Positions 24,910 to 34,311 of a DNA stretch of 58,226 nucleotides are shown piece by piece. Positions within the stretch are counted from its first letter, which is position 1; each line of letters starts with the position of its first letter. The stretch spans positions 1 to 58,226 of the forward strand of contig CAZOKW010000002.1 in assembly GCA_964580765.1 (NCBI GenBank), read 5' to 3'. A program made the position numbers and the translations under genes. Source of the DNA: an uncultured Candidatus Saccharibacteria bacterium (GTDB lineage Bacteria > Patescibacteriota > Minisyncoccia > 2-02-FULL-40-12 > IGHO2-12-FULL-4). The notes beneath the pieces are model-generated. The model saw nothing but the letters and a program-made list of their open reading frames with translations. It searched no databases and was not told the origin of the DNA.

Positions 24910-26807
24910 ATAAAAATGGAGTGGCCGATGGTGGTAACGGGCTGGTAGGATTTTAGCCAGAGATAGTTGACCGGCTTGAACTGATCAGGCGGTCCTTGAG
25001 AACCCTCCAGGAAAGTGGCGGACACGGCCAGCCAGCCATCGGTTTGATTGCGGGCGCGGAAATCCTCCGCGCTTTTATATTTCTGGGACGACAACTTTTC
25101 GTAAGTATTGCCGAGATAGTAAGACGGTTCAGCCCAGCCGAAATAATCCAGTTCTATTTTGGGTAAATTATTTTTCTCCACCCATTGACTGAAGCGTTTT
25201 AAGTCCTGTCCCCAATCCAAATTGGAATCCACCACATAATTATGCCCGCCGGACGGACCACCCACGGTTTGATTGAAGTAGGTCAGATAAAATGGGTAAG
25301 TTCTTATATTTTCCACTACATACCAAGCCAGCAGGGAAAAAATCAAAAAACTAGGAACAAAAACCAAAGAGCGAGCGGAAGTTTTTTTAAGATGCGCCAA
25401 AATCCGGCTCAATTGTCCACTGACCAGTAAAATGGCAAAAGGATAGGTCGGTAATAAATGCCGGACGCCGATGTTGAGCGTGCTGTTGATGCTAATATAC
25501 CAGTAAATAAAAATCCACAAAATCATGGCGAATTCCGTAAAATGGTTTTTTAAAAAATAATCGCGAGAGCTTGTCTGCCAGTCGGCAGACAAGCGGTGGA
25601 ACGTCCCCACTCCGCCTCTGGTTAATTGTCCAATCACTGTAAAAATCGCAACTAATACCAGTCCCCACCAGGCCAGAGGTTCTTTAATAAAGTAAACTAT
25701 GGGGAAATAATTTCGCCAGCCGAAGCGGGAGACCTCTCCCAGGAAATAAGTGGTGTTCCCGCCGGCCGCTCTCTGATTAACCATCAGTAAACCAAGTCCA
25801 TAGCCGGCCAAAGCTCTAATCCCGGGTTTATCCGAGGCCCAAATCATCGTATTGGCCAAGGGGCGGTTGCCGTAAGATTGCAGAAGATTGACCGTATCGG
25901 CTTTTTGGTGGGCGGAAGGATAACGGTAAGTATGGAAAAAGTAAACCGGCCAGACGACAAGAATTACCCCGACAACAAAAATCAAAATAGTTTTTAGGAT
26001 ATAGCGAAAGGCTCCGGTGAACAAAGTTTTTGTCTCGGCGGTGCTACAGGGATTCCGCAACGGGCCATCGCAGACCTTATGGCCATCGTTGCGGAACCTT
26101 CCATGCGACGCAAAAAGTGTCCCCCTCCGCCTCTGGTCAATTAACCCCCAGACAAGAGCCAAAATTAAAAAGTAAGGCACTAAAAGAAAAGTGGAGAATT
26201 TGGTGAGAAGGGCGATACCGAAAGCGATGCCGGCTAGCCAAAAGTTTTTCCGGGAGTTTTGTTGCAGGTATTTTAAAAAGAAGTAGGTACTGGCCAAAAT
26301 TCCAAACAAGGCCGGAACATCAGTGGTGACAAAACGGGAGTGGGCTAAAATGGTGGGAGAGAAAGAAAAAAGAGCCAGAGCAATCAGTCCACCAGCGTTT
26401 CCATATAATTTCTTACCCCATTTAAAAATCAAAACCGCCGCCAAAACAAAAAACAAGAGCATGGGTAATTTGGCGAAACGAGTGATAAGGTTGGCATCGT
26501 TGCCGGAATTGTAGATTAGATTTCTTCCAAATTCCCACTGGCCATTTACATCACTCTGCCAGAACTTTGTTTCAAAAACAGTTTGTTTCAATTTTAAAAA
26601 GAGCAGAGGGATGGCGGCCAAGTCCTTAGCCAATGGCGGGTGTTCCGGATTTAGCCGCAGTTCTTGTTTAGTCAGATAAGAATAGCCCGCCCCGATGTGG
26701 GGAATTTCGTCCACGACGAGGGAATCATTCCAAACACTGGTTATGGCCAAAACTACTGCCGTGGAAATAATAATTATGGCTAATATTTTTGTTTTCTGGT
26801 CAGACAT
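24894..26807 (-). CDS. GT39 / ArnT-PMT-like undecaprenyl-phosphate-dependent glycosyltransferase, with in-frame repeat inserts
   Basis: About 12 TM. N-terminal 'DEIPHIGAGYSYL...NPEHPPLAKDL' loop typical of GT-C/GT39 enzymes. Start set to the ATG at 26807. Confidence 0.7.
   Translation of the reverse strand: MSDQKTKILAIIIISTAVVLAITSVWNDSLVVDEIPHIGAGYSYLTKQELRLNPEHPPLAKDLAAIPLLFLKLKQTVFETKFWQSDVNGQWEFGRNLIYNSGNDANLITRFAKLPMLLFFVLAAVLIFKWGKKLYGNAGGLIALALFSFSPTILAHSRFVTTDVPALFGILASTYFFLKYLQQNSRKNFWLAGIAFGIALLTKFSTFLLVPYFLILALVWGLIDQRRRGTLFASHGRFRNDGHKVCDGPLRNPCSTAETKTLFTGAFRYILKTILIFVVGVILVVWPVYFFHTYRYPSAHQKADTVNLLQSYGNRPLANTMIWASDKPGIRALAGYGLGLLMVNQRAAGGNTTYFLGEVSRFGWRNYFPIVYFIKEPLAWWGLVLVAIFTVIGQLTRGGVGTFHRLSADWQTSSRDYFLKNHFTEFAMILWIFIYWYISINSTLNIGVRHLLPTYPFAILLVSGQLSRILAHLKKTSARSLVFVPSFLIFSLLAWYVVENIRTYPFYLTYFNQTVGGPSGGHNYVVDSNLDWGQDLKRFSQWVEKNNLPKIELDYFGWAEPSYYLGNTYEKLSSQKYKSAEDFRARNQTDGWLAVSATFLEGSQGPPDQFKPVNYLWLKSYQPVTTIGHSIFIYRIK
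25569..25621. repeat. 26-bp hairpin plus a collapsed Family-1 remnant, in-frame in GT39
   Basis: GCTTGTCTGCC-AGTC-GGCAGACAAGC, followed by the reverse complement of CCAGAGGCGGAGTGGGGAC. Confidence 0.7.
26009..26136. repeat. Family-1 palindromic element, long form, in-frame in GT39
   Basis: Reverse complement of 197-324. Encodes 'RGTLFASHGRFRNDGH..DGPLRNPCSTAETK' in both hosts. Confidence 0.85.
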
Positions 26808-27010
26808 GTTAAGATGGAATGAATTATAGCAAATAAAAATATTAAAGTTAAAAGTTTTATGGCAGAACGGCCGATAGAACCAAAAGAAGGTCTGGAATCT
26901 GTGGAAAAACAACAGCAGGTTGCCGATGATGTAATTGATAATGAATTGCAGAGGATAGAAGACAAGGTAAATCTGGAACAAGCCAGAGAATCTATATAGG
27001 ATAAGTTTAG

Positions 27011-27174
27011 AGAGTCAGTAAATATATCTCTCCTCCGGACGCTTGCGTCCCCAGCGTGTCCGCCATGCTCGCCGTCGTCTGTGGATTTTGTCCGAAGTGA
27101 AGAAATTATACTTCGTCCAAACCATGCAATCCACAGCCGACAGCGCCTCCCAAGAGACATATTTCCTGACTCTT
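27011..27174 (+). repeat. long-hairpin element, copy D (shortest)
   Basis: 19/21-bp outer arms (27011-27031 / 27154-27174) and the conserved GGACGCT...AGCGCC core. Lies between divergent genes. Confidence 0.75.
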
Positions 27175-27212
27175 TTGTTTATATTTATTTAATCGCATGT
27201 TACAATATAGAT

Positions 27213-27581
27213 ATGGAAAATCCGATTTTAGAACAAGAGATTGCCGACATTGAGCAGAAATTGGTAGAAAAGAAAGCGGAGTTGAATAAAGATGAAGTGC
27301 ATATCGTGGTCAAAGAAAAAATTCAGGAAAAAGTTCCGGAGTATCAGTCTGTCGCGCCAGCCACACCTTCACCCACCGCTCAAGCCCCTTCTTATCTTTC
27401 CGATGAATTAAAAGACAAAATCCAAGAACTGGTTAATATTGCTTTCACGCAAAGTATTGAAGAAGCGGTTAAAACGGTTACCAAATTAAACAACCCCGCC
27501 CTGATTGACGCCTTCCACGATGTCTTAGTGGACCAGCTTTATAACACTTTGATTGAGCGGGGGAAATTAAAAAAGATTTAA
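27213..27581 (+). CDS. small acidic helical protein of unknown function
   Basis: 122 aa. Its stop is 2 nt before the GTG of the downstream ATPase, which suggests translational coupling. Confidence 0.55.
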   Translation: MENPILEQEIADIEQKLVEKKAELNKDEVHIVVKEKIQEKVPEYQSVAPATPSPTAQAPSYLSDELKDKIQELVNIAFTQSIEEAVKTVTKLNNPALIDAFHDVLVDQLYNTLIERGKLKKI

Positions 27582-27583
27582 CT

Positions 27584-30013
27584 GTGGAACAACTACTTTT
27601 ACCTTTAGTTTTTCTTATTGTCTTTGGCCTTGTTTTTGCGGCCGGCTTAGTTGTGTTGGGCAGTTTTAAAACAAAAGGACGGATGCAAAGGGCGCTTAAC
27701 ACCACTCTTTTTCTGATTAAAGTGCCGAGGGAGGCCGGCCCTTCGACAGGATCAGGGCAAGCCAGAAGCGAAAAAGAACTGATCGGAGTAGCCGAACAGA
27801 TGATCTCCAGCTTTTCCAATTTTCACTCCAAGGGGTGGAATAAGTTTTTATACGGTGAACCATACATTGCCCTTGAAATTGCCGTGCATCATATCGGTGA
27901 GGAAACACTTTTTTACATTTCCGTTCCCCGATCAAGCGAGGAGATAATTGAAAAGCAATTGTACGGACTTTATCCTCAAGCGGAAATCAGTCGAGTTTTG
28001 GATTATAATATTTTCAATCCGCGCGGCGCTACCGCCGGTACCTATTTAAGTTATTCTGAAAACTCTATTTTACCTTTTAGGACCTATCAAAAAATGGAGG
28101 CCGATCCGATTGGCGGTGTTTTAACGGCTATGTCCAAATTAGAAACAGAAGGAGAAGGAGCGGCTTTGCAGGTCTTAATACGGCCATCCCATGTTAGCGA
28201 GCAAAAAACTTTAGCCGGCAAAGTGGCCAGAGAAATGCAGTCCGGTTACCAATTTAAAGAAGCTCTGCAAAGAGCTAAACATCCTCCCTCCTCCGCCAAG
28301 GCTTCGGAGGGCAAGCCTGCAGAGATGCAACCCAAGGTGGTTACTCCGGCTGACGACGAGATTATCAAAGCCATCACGGCCAAAGCCGGTAAACAAAATT
28401 TTGAAACCAATATCCGTCTTTTGGCTTCGGCTGGTTCCCCAGCCCGCGCGGAACAGCTGTTGCAAGATTTTCAGGGTGCTTTAGCCCAGTTTTCCACCCC
28501 TGATCTCAACGGCTTTAAGACAACGAAATTAACCGGCGCGTCTTTGAATAAGTTGATCTACAATTTTTCTTTCCGTCTTTTTAATGAAAGGCAAAAGATG
28601 GTGATGTCCACCGAAGAGGTGGCTAGTTTATATCATTTTCCTTTGTCCACCACTGCTGCTCCACGGGTTCAATTCCTGAAGTCCAAACCAGCCGAGCCGC
28701 CGGCCAACTTGCCGGAACAGGGAATAATCCTCGGTAAAAATATTTTCCGCGGACAAGAAAAACTGGTGAGAATGACCGACGAAGACCGCCGGCGGCATTT
28801 GTATATTATCGGGCAAACCGGTACCGGAAAATCCGTCTTTATGAAAGCCCTCCTGCGTCAAGACATGGAAAACAACCAAGGGGTCTGCGTGATCGATCCG
28901 CACGGCGAACTGGCCGAATGGGCCCTTTCGGTGGTGCCCAAAGAAAGAGTAGAAGATGTCATTTATTTTAATCCTGGAGATATTGCCAGGCCATTGGGTT
29001 TGAACATGCTGGAAATTGATCCAGCTCATCCGGAACAAAAAACAATGGTGATTGATGAGCTTTTCGGGATTTTTGACAAACTATATGATCTGAAAACCAC
29101 CGGTGGACCGATGTTTGAAAAATATTTTAAAAATTCCGCCCTACTTTTGCTGGACGATTACTCCAATGAAATTCCCGTCTTGGCCGATATTTCCCGCGTG
29201 CTGGTGGAAGATAAATTCCGCGCCGACAAATTAAGCCGGGAAACCAATTCTTTAGTCAAACAGTTCTGGCAGTTGGAAGCGGAAAAAGCGGGTGGGGAAT
29301 CCAGTTTGGCCAACATGGCGCCGTACATTTCTTCCAAGATTACCTCTTTTATCTTTAATGAATTTTTGCGCCCGATTATCAATCAGCCCAAAAGCGCTTT
29401 CAATTTTCGCGAGGTGATGGATCAACGGAAAATTTTGATTGTTAATTTGTCCAAAGGCCGCATTGGCGACATTAACGCCAACCTGCTGGGGATGATTATT
29501 GTCGGCAAACTTTTAATGGCTGCTTTGTCCCGCGCGGATCTGGCCTCTCCGGAATTTCCGGATCTCTATCTTTATATTGACGAGTTTCAGAATTTCACCA
29601 CCGACAGCATCTCCACTATTTTATCCGAAGCTCGCAAGTATCGTTTAGACCTTATTATTGCCCACCAGTTTATCAAACAGCTTAAAGAGAATATCCGTGA
29701 CGCGGTCTTTGGCAATGTGGGCTCCATGGCCGTCTTTCGCATCAGTCCTGATGATGCTGAATTTATGAAAAATAAATTTGAACCGGTATTTTCGACGCAG
29801 GATTTGATGAACATCGACAATCTTAACGCTTATGTTAATCTGCTGACCAATGGCCAAACTACTCGGCCGTTTAATATTAAAATAGACACGGAAAATGTTT
29901 TTGGCGCCGGTTCGGCGGAGACGGCCAAAGCCATTAAAGAAATTTCTTCGTTAAAATTCGGCCGGCCGCGAGAAGAAGTGGAAAAGGAATTACAGAGTAA
30001 ATACAATCAATGA
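27584..30013 (+). CDS. membrane-anchored VirD4/TraG/TraD-like (type IV coupling-protein-like) P-loop ATPase
   Basis: N-terminal TM, Walker A 'GQTGTGKS', Walker B-like 'LYLYIDEFQNF' and 'ARKYRLDLIIAHQ'. Two in-frame repeat inserts at 27726-27768 and 28286-28317. Confidence 0.6.
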   Translation: MEQLLLPLVFLIVFGLVFAAGLVVLGSFKTKGRMQRALNTTLFLIKVPREAGPSTGSGQARSEKELIGVAEQMISSFSNFHSKGWNKFLYGEPYIALEIAVHHIGEETLFYISVPRSSEEIIEKQLYGLYPQAEISRVLDYNIFNPRGATAGTYLSYSENSILPFRTYQKMEADPIGGVLTAMSKLETEGEGAALQVLIRPSHVSEQKTLAGKVAREMQSGYQFKEALQRAKHPPSSAKASEGKPAEMQPKVVTPADDEIIKAITAKAGKQNFETNIRLLASAGSPARAEQLLQDFQGALAQFSTPDLNGFKTTKLTGASLNKLIYNFSFRLFNERQKMVMSTEEVASLYHFPLSTTAAPRVQFLKSKPAEPPANLPEQGIILGKNIFRGQEKLVRMTDEDRRRHLYIIGQTGTGKSVFMKALLRQDMENNQGVCVIDPHGELAEWALSVVPKERVEDVIYFNPGDIARPLGLNMLEIDPAHPEQKTMVIDELFGIFDKLYDLKTTGGPMFEKYFKNSALLLLDDYSNEIPVLADISRVLVEDKFRADKLSRETNSLVKQFWQLEAEKAGGESSLANMAPYISSKITSFIFNEFLRPIINQPKSAFNFREVMDQRKILIVNLSKGRIGDINANLLGMIIVGKLLMAALSRADLASPEFPDLYLYIDEFQNFTTDSISTILSEARKYRLDLIIAHQFIKQLKENIRDAVFGNVGSMAVFRISPDDAEFMKNKFEPVFSTQDLMNIDNLNAYVNLLTNGQTTRPFNIKIDTENVFGAGSAETAKAIKEISSLKFGRPREEVEKELQSKYNQ

Positions 30014-30630
30014 AATTTACTAAAAAAGATTTATGGTTTTCCATTGTAACGGGTATAGGGACGGGCTTGATTGCCTGGCGCATTTTTAATTTTCTAGAGA
30101 TACCAAGATTTCAGCAAATTTCTTTTGTCTGGTTGGCCGGGGTCGTGCCGATAATCTGGATATTGGGAGTTAATTTGGGGTATTTTCTTGGCCGTTGGCT
30201 GAAATTTTTTAACCAATTCGGTAAATTTGTGGCTATCGGTTTTACCAATGCCACCGTGGATTTCGGGATTCTCAATCTCCTGATCTTCGCTACCGGTATA
30301 GCCACCGGCGCTCATTATTCTATTTTTAAAACCGCCTCTTTTCTGGTTGCCTTAATCAATAGTTACCTTTTGAATAAATATTGGGCTTTTGGAGCCGGAC
30401 AAACCAGCCCCCAAGGAGGAGAATTTTTTAAATTTGCCGGCGTAGCGGTAATAGCCGCTTTGCTAAATGTGGGAGTTGCTTCCTATATTGTCAATTTTGT
30501 AAACCCGGTTTTTAGTTTTTCCACCGCCGTCTGGGCCAATATTGGCGCAGCGGCCGGCGGCGCTTCTGCCCTGGTCGTCTCTTTTACCGGGTTCAAACTC
30601 CTGGTATTTAAGGAGCGGGTTGAATTTTAG
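30010..30630 (+). CDS. GtrA-family membrane protein
   Basis: 4 TM, with 'FGKFVAIGFTNATVDFGILNLL' and 'NKYWAF' motifs. ATGA overlap with the upstream gene. Confidence 0.7.
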   Translation: MKFTKKDLWFSIVTGIGTGLIAWRIFNFLEIPRFQQISFVWLAGVVPIIWILGVNLGYFLGRWLKFFNQFGKFVAIGFTNATVDFGILNLLIFATGIATGAHYSIFKTASFLVALINSYLLNKYWAFGAGQTSPQGGEFFKFAGVAVIAALLNVGVASYIVNFVNPVFSFSTAVWANIGAAAGGASALVVSFTGFKLLVFKERVEF

Positions 30631-30703
30631 TTTAGTTGACCTTATATACAAAAAGATTTAAAGTATCCATAAGTCTTTTTTAGTTTTTTAAAAAGGAGAA
30701 GGC

Positions 30704-31498
30704 GTGCGAAAAAGGTTAGTTTATTTGAAGGTATTGATACTGATCTGTATCTCTATGGTGGTCATGGACCCATTTTTTGCTTTTGGACAAACCGTCTCAT
30801 CCTCGGACAAGGCCCCGCAGTGGTGGGCTGATTTGTCTAGCCATGAACAAATGGCTTTGGTAACCACCAGAGCGACAGAGGTAATTAAAAATTTAGATGA
30901 AGCCGTTCCTAAAATCAAAGAGGATTACATAACGCGGGTTCCTTATACAGGATTTGGTTTTAGTTACGAATCAAGCGACAGCGAAAGAATAGACATAAAC
31001 GGTAATTCCATAGTTGGTTTTAGAATCAGGTCGGTTTGGAAAAATTCACCGGCGGAGCAGGCGGGGTTACTCCCGGGTGATTGGCTCATCAACATCAATG
31101 GGTTTCCGGTTTGTGTTGTCTCTGACAACCAAACATGGACGGAATGTTTTCGGTTAGTTTCAATTATTGAAATAGTGCGCGATGTGCCTTTAGGTAGAAC
31201 CGTCCCAATCGAAGTGGAGCGCAACGGTGAGAAAAAAACATTTATGCTGGCCAAAGAACCAGATGTCGGCCAAGATTTTGCTCAATATCTGGCAGATCAC
31301 TTAGAATTCTGGGAGGATTTTTGTGCTATCTTTGGGTCTGCGTTACGGGATGACATAAAGGAAGCAGAAGCCGATCCAAACCCGGAAAAACTTTTCTTTT
31401 TTTTCCAACACTTTCGGATTATCGGTCAAACTTTTACCGAAATTTTCCAGGAAATTAACGCTAAGGAATATTCGTCACAGATTTGGGAGGTCAGATGA
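30704..31498 (+). CDS. secreted PDZ-domain protein
   Basis: GTG start after AAGGAGAAGG, a signal peptide and the PDZ core 'NSPAEQAGLLPGDWLININGFPV'. Confidence 0.65.
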   Translation: MRKRLVYLKVLILICISMVVMDPFFAFGQTVSSSDKAPQWWADLSSHEQMALVTTRATEVIKNLDEAVPKIKEDYITRVPYTGFGFSYESSDSERIDINGNSIVGFRIRSVWKNSPAEQAGLLPGDWLININGFPVCVVSDNQTWTECFRLVSIIEIVRDVPLGRTVPIEVERNGEKKTFMLAKEPDVGQDFAQYLADHLEFWEDFCAIFGSALRDDIKEAEADPNPEKLFFFFQHFRIIGQTFTEIFQEINAKEYSSQIWEVR

Positions 31499-31731
31499 AA
31501 ACTACTCATACTGATAAACTTTCAAAATGGTTGGAAGAAACCGACCCGGAAAAGTGGCACGCCGAAGCTACTAATGTCATGAAGCAACTGAAGGATTTGA
31601 TAGGTCAAGAAGGTACGGAGGAAGCCGCTAATTTAATTTATAACGCCGCGACTTTTATGGAAACAAGGGCGTGTTATTTACTGCTTCAACGACAACAGCG
31701 GAACGGTACTTTTAAAAGGAACAGTTGTTGA
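31495..31731 (+). CDS. small hypothetical protein
   Basis: ATGA start/stop overlap with the PDZ gene, GGGAGG SD, 78 aa. Confidence 0.45.
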   Translation: MKTTHTDKLSKWLEETDPEKWHAEATNVMKQLKDLIGQEGTEEAANLIYNAATFMETRACYLLLQRQQRNGTFKRNSC

Positions 31732-31734
31732 CTT

Positions 31735-31764
31735 AATCGGCTCATAAGCCGATTTTTTGTTTTA
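31735..31764 (+). terminator. rho-independent terminator
   Basis: AATCGGCT / AGCCGATT stem plus TTTTTGTTTT. Confidence 0.7.
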
Positions 31765-31794
31765 ATTAAAATTTGTTAATCTCTAGATAAGATT

Positions 31795-32910
31795 ATGGTT
31801 TTATATCGTAAATATCGTCCTAGAAGTTTTGCGGAGGTGGTGGGGCAAGAGCATGTCGTAGAAACCTTACAAGGCGCTCTTCAAACCGGCCGCTTGGCTC
31901 ATGCCTACCTTTTTACCGGTCCGCGAGGCACCGGTAAGACCTCCTTGGCTCGCATTTTAGCTAAGGCGGTGAACTGCGACCGAGCGATGAGCGAGGGAGT
32001 ACTGAGGCCAACAGGCCGAATGTACGATGCCTGTGCTATCTGCCACTCTTGTAAAGAAGTGGAAGAAGGCCGGGCGATGGATTTAATTGAAATTGACGCC
32101 GCTTCTAATCGAGGCATTGACGATATCCGGGCTTTACGGGAGGGGACCCGTTTTTCCTCCATGAATGCCGGAAAGCATAAAGTTTATATCATTGATGAGT
32201 GCCATCAGCTTTCTAAAGACGCTTCCAACGCGCTTTTGAAGACCCTGGAAGAACCGCCGGCCAAGACCCTTTTTGTTTTGGCCACTACTGAACCGTATAA
32301 GGTTTTGCCGACCATTATTTCCCGAACGCAAAAGTTTGATTTTAAAAAACTGAACACCGAACAAATTCTTTCCAAACTTCAACATATCGCCTTGTCTGAA
32401 AAAATTAAAATAGAAAAAGAGCTTCTACGCTTGTTGGCGAGGCAGGCGGAGGGTTCTTTACGGGATGCCGAAAGCAATTTGGCCAAACTCATCGCTTTCA
32501 AAGGACAAACCATTGACGAAGAAGGGGTCAAAGAAGTGCTGGGCATTATTCCCTTTAATTTTTACCACGATTTTTTCCGGTTGGTGCAGGCCAAAAATAA
32601 AACAGAAGCGCTGGCACTGGTCGGCCGGGTTTACGAATCTGGCCTAGATCTGGATAATTTTACCAAGGGCTTGCTTGATTACGGTCGGCGGGTGCTAGTC
32701 GCCCGGGCCAATCCGGCCGATGCCAATGCTTTCAGCGCCGATTTGGGAGAGGACTCGTCTCAAAAAATTGCCTCTTTAGCCAAAGAAATAGACGGCCAAG
32801 GAATTTTAAAATTAATTTCCGCTCTGATGCGGGCCCAGCAGGAAATTAAAATTTCTCCTATTCCGCAACTGCCTTTGGAGATTGCCGTTTCAGAGTTGAT
32901 AGAAACATAA
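31795..32910 (+). CDS. dnaX: DNA polymerase III gamma/tau subunit (short form)
   Basis: 'YRKYRP..F.EVVGQEHV', 'GPRGTGKTS', 'IIDECHQLS' and 'LKTLEEPP', with a Cys cluster 'CAICHSC'. Confidence 0.9.
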   Translation: MVLYRKYRPRSFAEVVGQEHVVETLQGALQTGRLAHAYLFTGPRGTGKTSLARILAKAVNCDRAMSEGVLRPTGRMYDACAICHSCKEVEEGRAMDLIEIDAASNRGIDDIRALREGTRFSSMNAGKHKVYIIDECHQLSKDASNALLKTLEEPPAKTLFVLATTEPYKVLPTIISRTQKFDFKKLNTEQILSKLQHIALSEKIKIEKELLRLLARQAEGSLRDAESNLAKLIAFKGQTIDEEGVKEVLGIIPFNFYHDFFRLVQAKNKTEALALVGRVYESGLDLDNFTKGLLDYGRRVLVARANPADANAFSADLGEDSSQKIASLAKEIDGQGILKLISALMRAQQEIKISPIPQLPLEIAVSELIET

Positions 32911-32912
32911 TT

Positions 32913-34082
32913 ATGTCCAATATATTTTTACTCGGTCTTACCTCACTTTTCGCCGATTTTTCTTCGGAAATTATTATGCCGCTGATGCCGTTTTTTATTA
33001 AGTCCCTCGGCGGAGCGGGATTGGCTATCGGTTTGATTTCCGGAATAGGCGATGCGGTGGCCGCCATTTTGAAAGTGCTCTCCGGCCGTTTCGCCGATAA
33101 AACGCATAAATTTAAAAAACTGGTTTTCGGCGGTTACGCTTTTTCCGCTTTGGCTAAATTTTTCTTTCCTCTGGCTTCCACTTGGCCGCAAGTTTTAGCC
33201 GCCCGTTCGGTGGAGCGCATCGGCAAGGGCCTGCGCGATGCCCCTCGCGATGCCATTGTTTCCGAATCAGTTGACCATCACCAACGGGGCAGCGGGTTTG
33301 GCCTTCAGCGAGCCATGGACAGTTTGGGCGCCATCCTCGGTTCAGTTACCGTCCTGATTCTTTTCTGGAAATTTGATTACGATTTTCGGGCTATTTTCTT
33401 TTTGGCCGCTTTGATCAGCTTGCTGGCCCTCATTCCCATTCTTTTTGTCCGTGTGCCGGCCACTCTGACTAACTTTAAACCCAAAAGAACCCTCAATTTA
33501 TCCAAACTTAATTTTTCCGCTCCTTTGAAAAAATTTATCGGAGTTTCCACCTTGTTTTATTTGGGAAACTTCAGCTTCATGTTTTTAATTCTCAAAGCCC
33601 AGCAATCTTTCGGCCATCTGGATTTCAAAGACAGCGTGGCTCTTACTTTGCTTTTGTATATTCTATTTAATGTTTTTGACACGGTCTTTTCCCAACCGGC
33701 CGGAAAATTATCCGACTGCATTGGACGGAAGAAAGTCATCCTCATCGGCTACGCGCTTTTAACGACTACTTTTGCTGGTTTTTTCTTGGCCCAATCATTT
33801 TTAGCTCTTCTTTTTATCTTTCCTCTTTATGGCTTATTCAAGGCCTTCATTGATGCTTCGCAAAAATCATTCGTCTCTGATCTGTCAGAAACGGAAAATC
33901 GTTCCACCGCTCTGGGCGCTTTTGAAACTTCTACCGGCCTCGCCCTCATCCCTGGCGGCATCATCGCTGGTCTTCTCTGGAACGCCAATCCAAACTTCAC
34001 CTTCCTCTACGGCCTAGCCGTCACTATTTTAGCTCTCATTTTACTGCAAACAATGATAAAAGAAGTTCGTTCTAAAAATTGA
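32913..34082 (+). CDS. MFS transporter
   Basis: 12 hydrophobic spans and the MFS loop motif 'GRFADKTHKFK'. Confidence 0.7.
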   Translation: MSNIFLLGLTSLFADFSSEIIMPLMPFFIKSLGGAGLAIGLISGIGDAVAAILKVLSGRFADKTHKFKKLVFGGYAFSALAKFFFPLASTWPQVLAARSVERIGKGLRDAPRDAIVSESVDHHQRGSGFGLQRAMDSLGAILGSVTVLILFWKFDYDFRAIFFLAALISLLALIPILFVRVPATLTNFKPKRTLNLSKLNFSAPLKKFIGVSTLFYLGNFSFMFLILKAQQSFGHLDFKDSVALTLLLYILFNVFDTVFSQPAGKLSDCIGRKKVILIGYALLTTTFAGFFLAQSFLALLFIFPLYGLFKAFIDASQKSFVSDLSETENRSTALGAFETSTGLALIPGGIIAGLLWNANPNFTFLYGLAVTILALILLQTMIKEVRSKN

Positions 34083-34131
34083 TTAAAACCCAAATTTTTA
34101 GTATAATTTTTTAAATAATTTAAAGAAATTT

Positions 34132-34205
34132 TGCCGGGTGGTGAAGCGGTATCACGCCTGCCTTTGGAGCAGGAATTCTAGGTCCGACCCCTAGCCCGGC
34201 AGCCA
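34132..34205 (+). tRNA. tRNA-Gln (UUG), CCA encoded
   Basis: Hand-folded cloverleaf. Acceptor TGCCGGG/CCCGGCA (U1-A72), G73, D stem GTGA/TCAC, anticodon arm CCTGC-CTTTGGA-GCAGG and T arm CTAGG-TCCGACC-CCTAG. The T-loop has an atypical C at position 55. TATAAT at 34102. Confidence 0.8.
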
Positions 34206-34311
34206 AGGTTGGAAGTATCGAGAGACCGAGATATGTAATAGCATTAGTGTAGAGTCTAGATATTTATGAAAAAAGTAATAAAAAAGAGGGTTCACACCGG
34301 GGATACCAACA

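Noticed and set aside
31975-32035. A possible repeat-element insertion in dnaX. There are extra residues 'DRAMSEGVLRPTGRMYDA' before the Cys cluster.
   Set aside because: The DNA is not palindromic and matches none of the repeat families in the window. It may be genuine lineage-specific DnaX sequence.
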